Below are positions 61,614 to 64,000 of a DNA stretch of 64,000 nt, piece after piece. Under the pieces are notes generated by a model. It was not told the DNA's origin. It did no database searches and worked only from the letters and a program-made list of their open reading frames with translations. Source of the DNA: Octopus sinensis (taxonomy: Eukaryota); NCBI RefSeq assembly GCF_006345805.1, contig NC_043003.1, forward strand, positions 78,802,001-78,866,000, given 5' to 3'. Both the position numbers and the translations under genes were made by a program. The first letter of the stretch is position 1; each line of letters starts with the position of its first letter.

Positions 61614-62014
61614 ACTCTTTTACTCTTTTACTTGTTTCAGTCATTTGACTGCGGCCATGCTGGAGCACCGCCTTTAGTCGAGCAAATCGAGCCCAGGACT
61701 TATTCTTTGTAAGCCTAGTACTTATTCTATCGGTCTCTTTTGCCGAACCGCTAAGTGACGGGGACGTAAACACATCAGCATCGGTTGTCAAGCAATGCTA
61801 GGGGGACAAACACAGACACACACACATACATATATATATTATATATACATATATACGACAGGCTTCTTTCAGTTTCCGTCTACCAAATCCACTCACAAGG
61901 CATTGGTCGGCCCGGGGCTATAGCAGAAGACGCCCAAGATGCCACGCAGTGGGACTGAACCCGGAACCATGTGGTTGGTTAGCAAGTTACTTACCACACA
62001 GCCACTCCTGCGCC
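61614..62014 (-). mobile_element. SINE family A, young, full length
   Basis: Near-identical to 29271-29707. Confidence 0.92.
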
Positions 62015-62756
62015 TATGAAACGCATATTAAATTTATCATGTGATGCACTCATATAATGCAGCATGTAATGCACTTCTGTATTGCACCTATATAATTCGT
62101 CTTATAATGAACATTAAAATGCATCCTGGATAGGAAGGATAATAATTATAATAGAAAACATGCATACACACACACACACACGCACGCACAGAGAGAAAAA
62201 AATCAATGGAAAAGAGAGACAAAGAGCGTCTACAACACCAGCAACGGCTACAACAACTACAACAATAACAACAACTAGAATAAGAACAACTACAACAGCA
62301 ACACAAACAGAACAACGATAAGACAGTGTAACTCTCAACAGCTCAAAACGACGGCAGCAACAGCAGCGTGCCAGGTGTTAGGCTAAACTAGAGTCTATCA
62401 TAATACTTTTTTTCTAATTTGTTGGTTTTTGTTATTGTCCGAACATTTTGCTTTCTCTCTCTCATCGGACACGTGTATTGGCGCAGAGACTTGCTGGTGT
62501 GTTCACAGTGTGTTGTTTCCATGTGTTGTTTCATCACAATAGAAATCTGGCCGATACTTGTACGTAATGCTTGCTTAGCTGTTGCTCGTAAGAGTGTTAC
62601 CTGGTAGCAAGTATCACACTTTCGCTAATTAATTTTCTGCGCTTATGTAGTTGCGGGTAGACAAAGCCATCTTTTCGGCCGGGTAGACAAAGCCATCTTT
62701 TCGGCCAACCTCGTTTTTTATCCAGTGGAACATCAAGAGTGTAACAATTAGCTGGT

Positions 62757-63204
62757 GTTCATTTTCAGCTGTTTGGACTGGAGCAATGAGAAATTATACT
62801 CCTTGAGAAAGGACACAACACGCTACCCGGCTCGGGACTCGAACCCATAACCTTATGTTCGTGACATTTTAGTTATTTACCCACGCACCTTCACATTATT
62901 AGACATTAATAAAAATGTTCGTCCTTCGGGTTCGAAGATGACCACTGACATCATCTGGTGGAACTGCCGCTATGAGACCGGAGGTGGCTGGTAAGGCCAA
63001 TCCGGGCAAGGAAGCCCCTCCCACAGGTGGGGCAGAAGTGTGTAGGGGCCGTTCATTTCAGCTGTTTGGACTGGAGCAATGAGAAATTATACTCCTTGAG
63101 AAAGGACACAACACGCTGCCCGGCTCGGGAATCGAACCCATAACCTTATGTTCGTGACATTTTAGTTATTTACCCACGCACCTTCACATTATTAGACATT
63201 AATA
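62757..63204. repeat. ~155-bp direct repeat (decayed SINE head) flanking a 139-bp insert
   Basis: 62757-62911 vs 63051-63204 differ by two substitutions and one 1-bp indel. Confidence 0.92.
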
Positions 63205-63273
63205 GACGGATGTAAACACCTTATTCATATATAAGCTATCTTTGCGGATAATAAAAAAAGACGGTTCAATACC

Positions 63274-63496
63274 TATTTCTTTACTACCCACAAGGGGCTA
63301 AACACAGAGAGGACAGACAAACGGATTAAGTCGATTATATCGACCCCAGAGCGTAACTGGTACTTATTTAATCGAACCCGAAAGGATGAAAGGCAAAGTC
63401 GACCTCGGCGGAATTTGAACTCAGAACGTAGCGGCAGGCGAAATACCGCTAAGCATTTCGCCCGGCGTGCTAACGCTTCTGTCAGCTCGTCGCCTT
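63274..63496 (-). mobile_element. SINE family B with perfect 16-bp TSD
   Basis: aagacggttcaatacc at 63258-63273 and 63497-63512. Confidence 0.95.
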
Positions 63497-63747
63497 AAGA
63501 CGGTTCAATACCGGGTTTCATTAGGTTGCCGAAGACCCGTTTGGATTGTTCACGGTGACTGTGACAGTAACAATGCTTATAAACCTAGTTTTCCTCAGGC
63601 CAAGCAGGCAATGCGTTCCTTTTAGTATTATGCCATTCTTTCGCGACAGTGGAGAGCAAATTGGTGCTTGAGAGGATTGGAAGGTCTTTCGCAGAAAGTA
63701 AAAAGATGAAAAACAACTTTGAAAAAAAAAAAAAAATGAGCATAAAC

Positions 63748-63934
63748 GTAGAAGTGGCTGTGTGGTAAGTAGTTTGCTTATGAACCACATGGTTCCGTGT
63801 TCAGTCCCACTGCGTGGCACCTTGGGCTAGTGTTTTCTACTATAGCCTCGGCCGACCAAAGCCTTGTGAGTGGACTTGGTAGACGGAAACTGAAAGAAGC
63901 CTGTCGTATATATGTATGTATATATTATATATAT

Positions 63935-63994
<60 letters not shown>

Positions 63995-64000
63995 CGTGTT
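63748..64000 (+). mobile_element. SINE family A, 5' half, running off the window in (TA)n
   Basis: agtggctgtgtggtaagtag..gtagacggaaactgaaagaagcc. Confidence 0.88.

Noticed and set aside
62342-62374. 33-bp possible micro-exon (caacAG..CAG|GTGTTA)
   Set aside because: Weak donor and adjacent to (CAA/CAG)n low complexity; not supportable.

Overview
AT-rich, repeat-saturated animal genomic DNA, almost certainly intronic or intergenic. The SINE families and microsatellite load point to an octopus (inference). No intact protein-coding gene is present; the best host-gene signal is one isolated GC-rich 78-bp candidate exon (11079-11156). Essentially all ORFs in the supplied track are microsatellite artefacts or decayed transposon fragments. 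Contents: (i) about 45 tRNA-derived SINE copies from four modular families, labelled A-D here; (ii) decayed retroelements: four Penelope-like (PLE) relics including a ~2.3 kb RT+GIY-YIG copy, RTE, Tx1/L1, R4/Dong and L2/CR1 fragments; (iii) DNA transposon relics: mariner, Tigger, Chapaev3-like, hAT, piggyBac and TA-flanked MITEs, and Helitron-like elements; (iv) long microsatellites and one minisatellite. The most interesting structure is non-coding: minimal hammerhead-ribozyme-shaped motifs in four short PLE-associated families, several with recurrent non-canonical core bases; head-to-tail SINE concatemers joined at one fixed junction; a ~440-bp micro-inversion with an 83-85 bp inverted breakpoint duplication that split a SINE; and 100-155 bp direct repeats flanking insertions. 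Family assignments rest on recalled motifs, not database searches. Boundaries of decayed elements are approximate.
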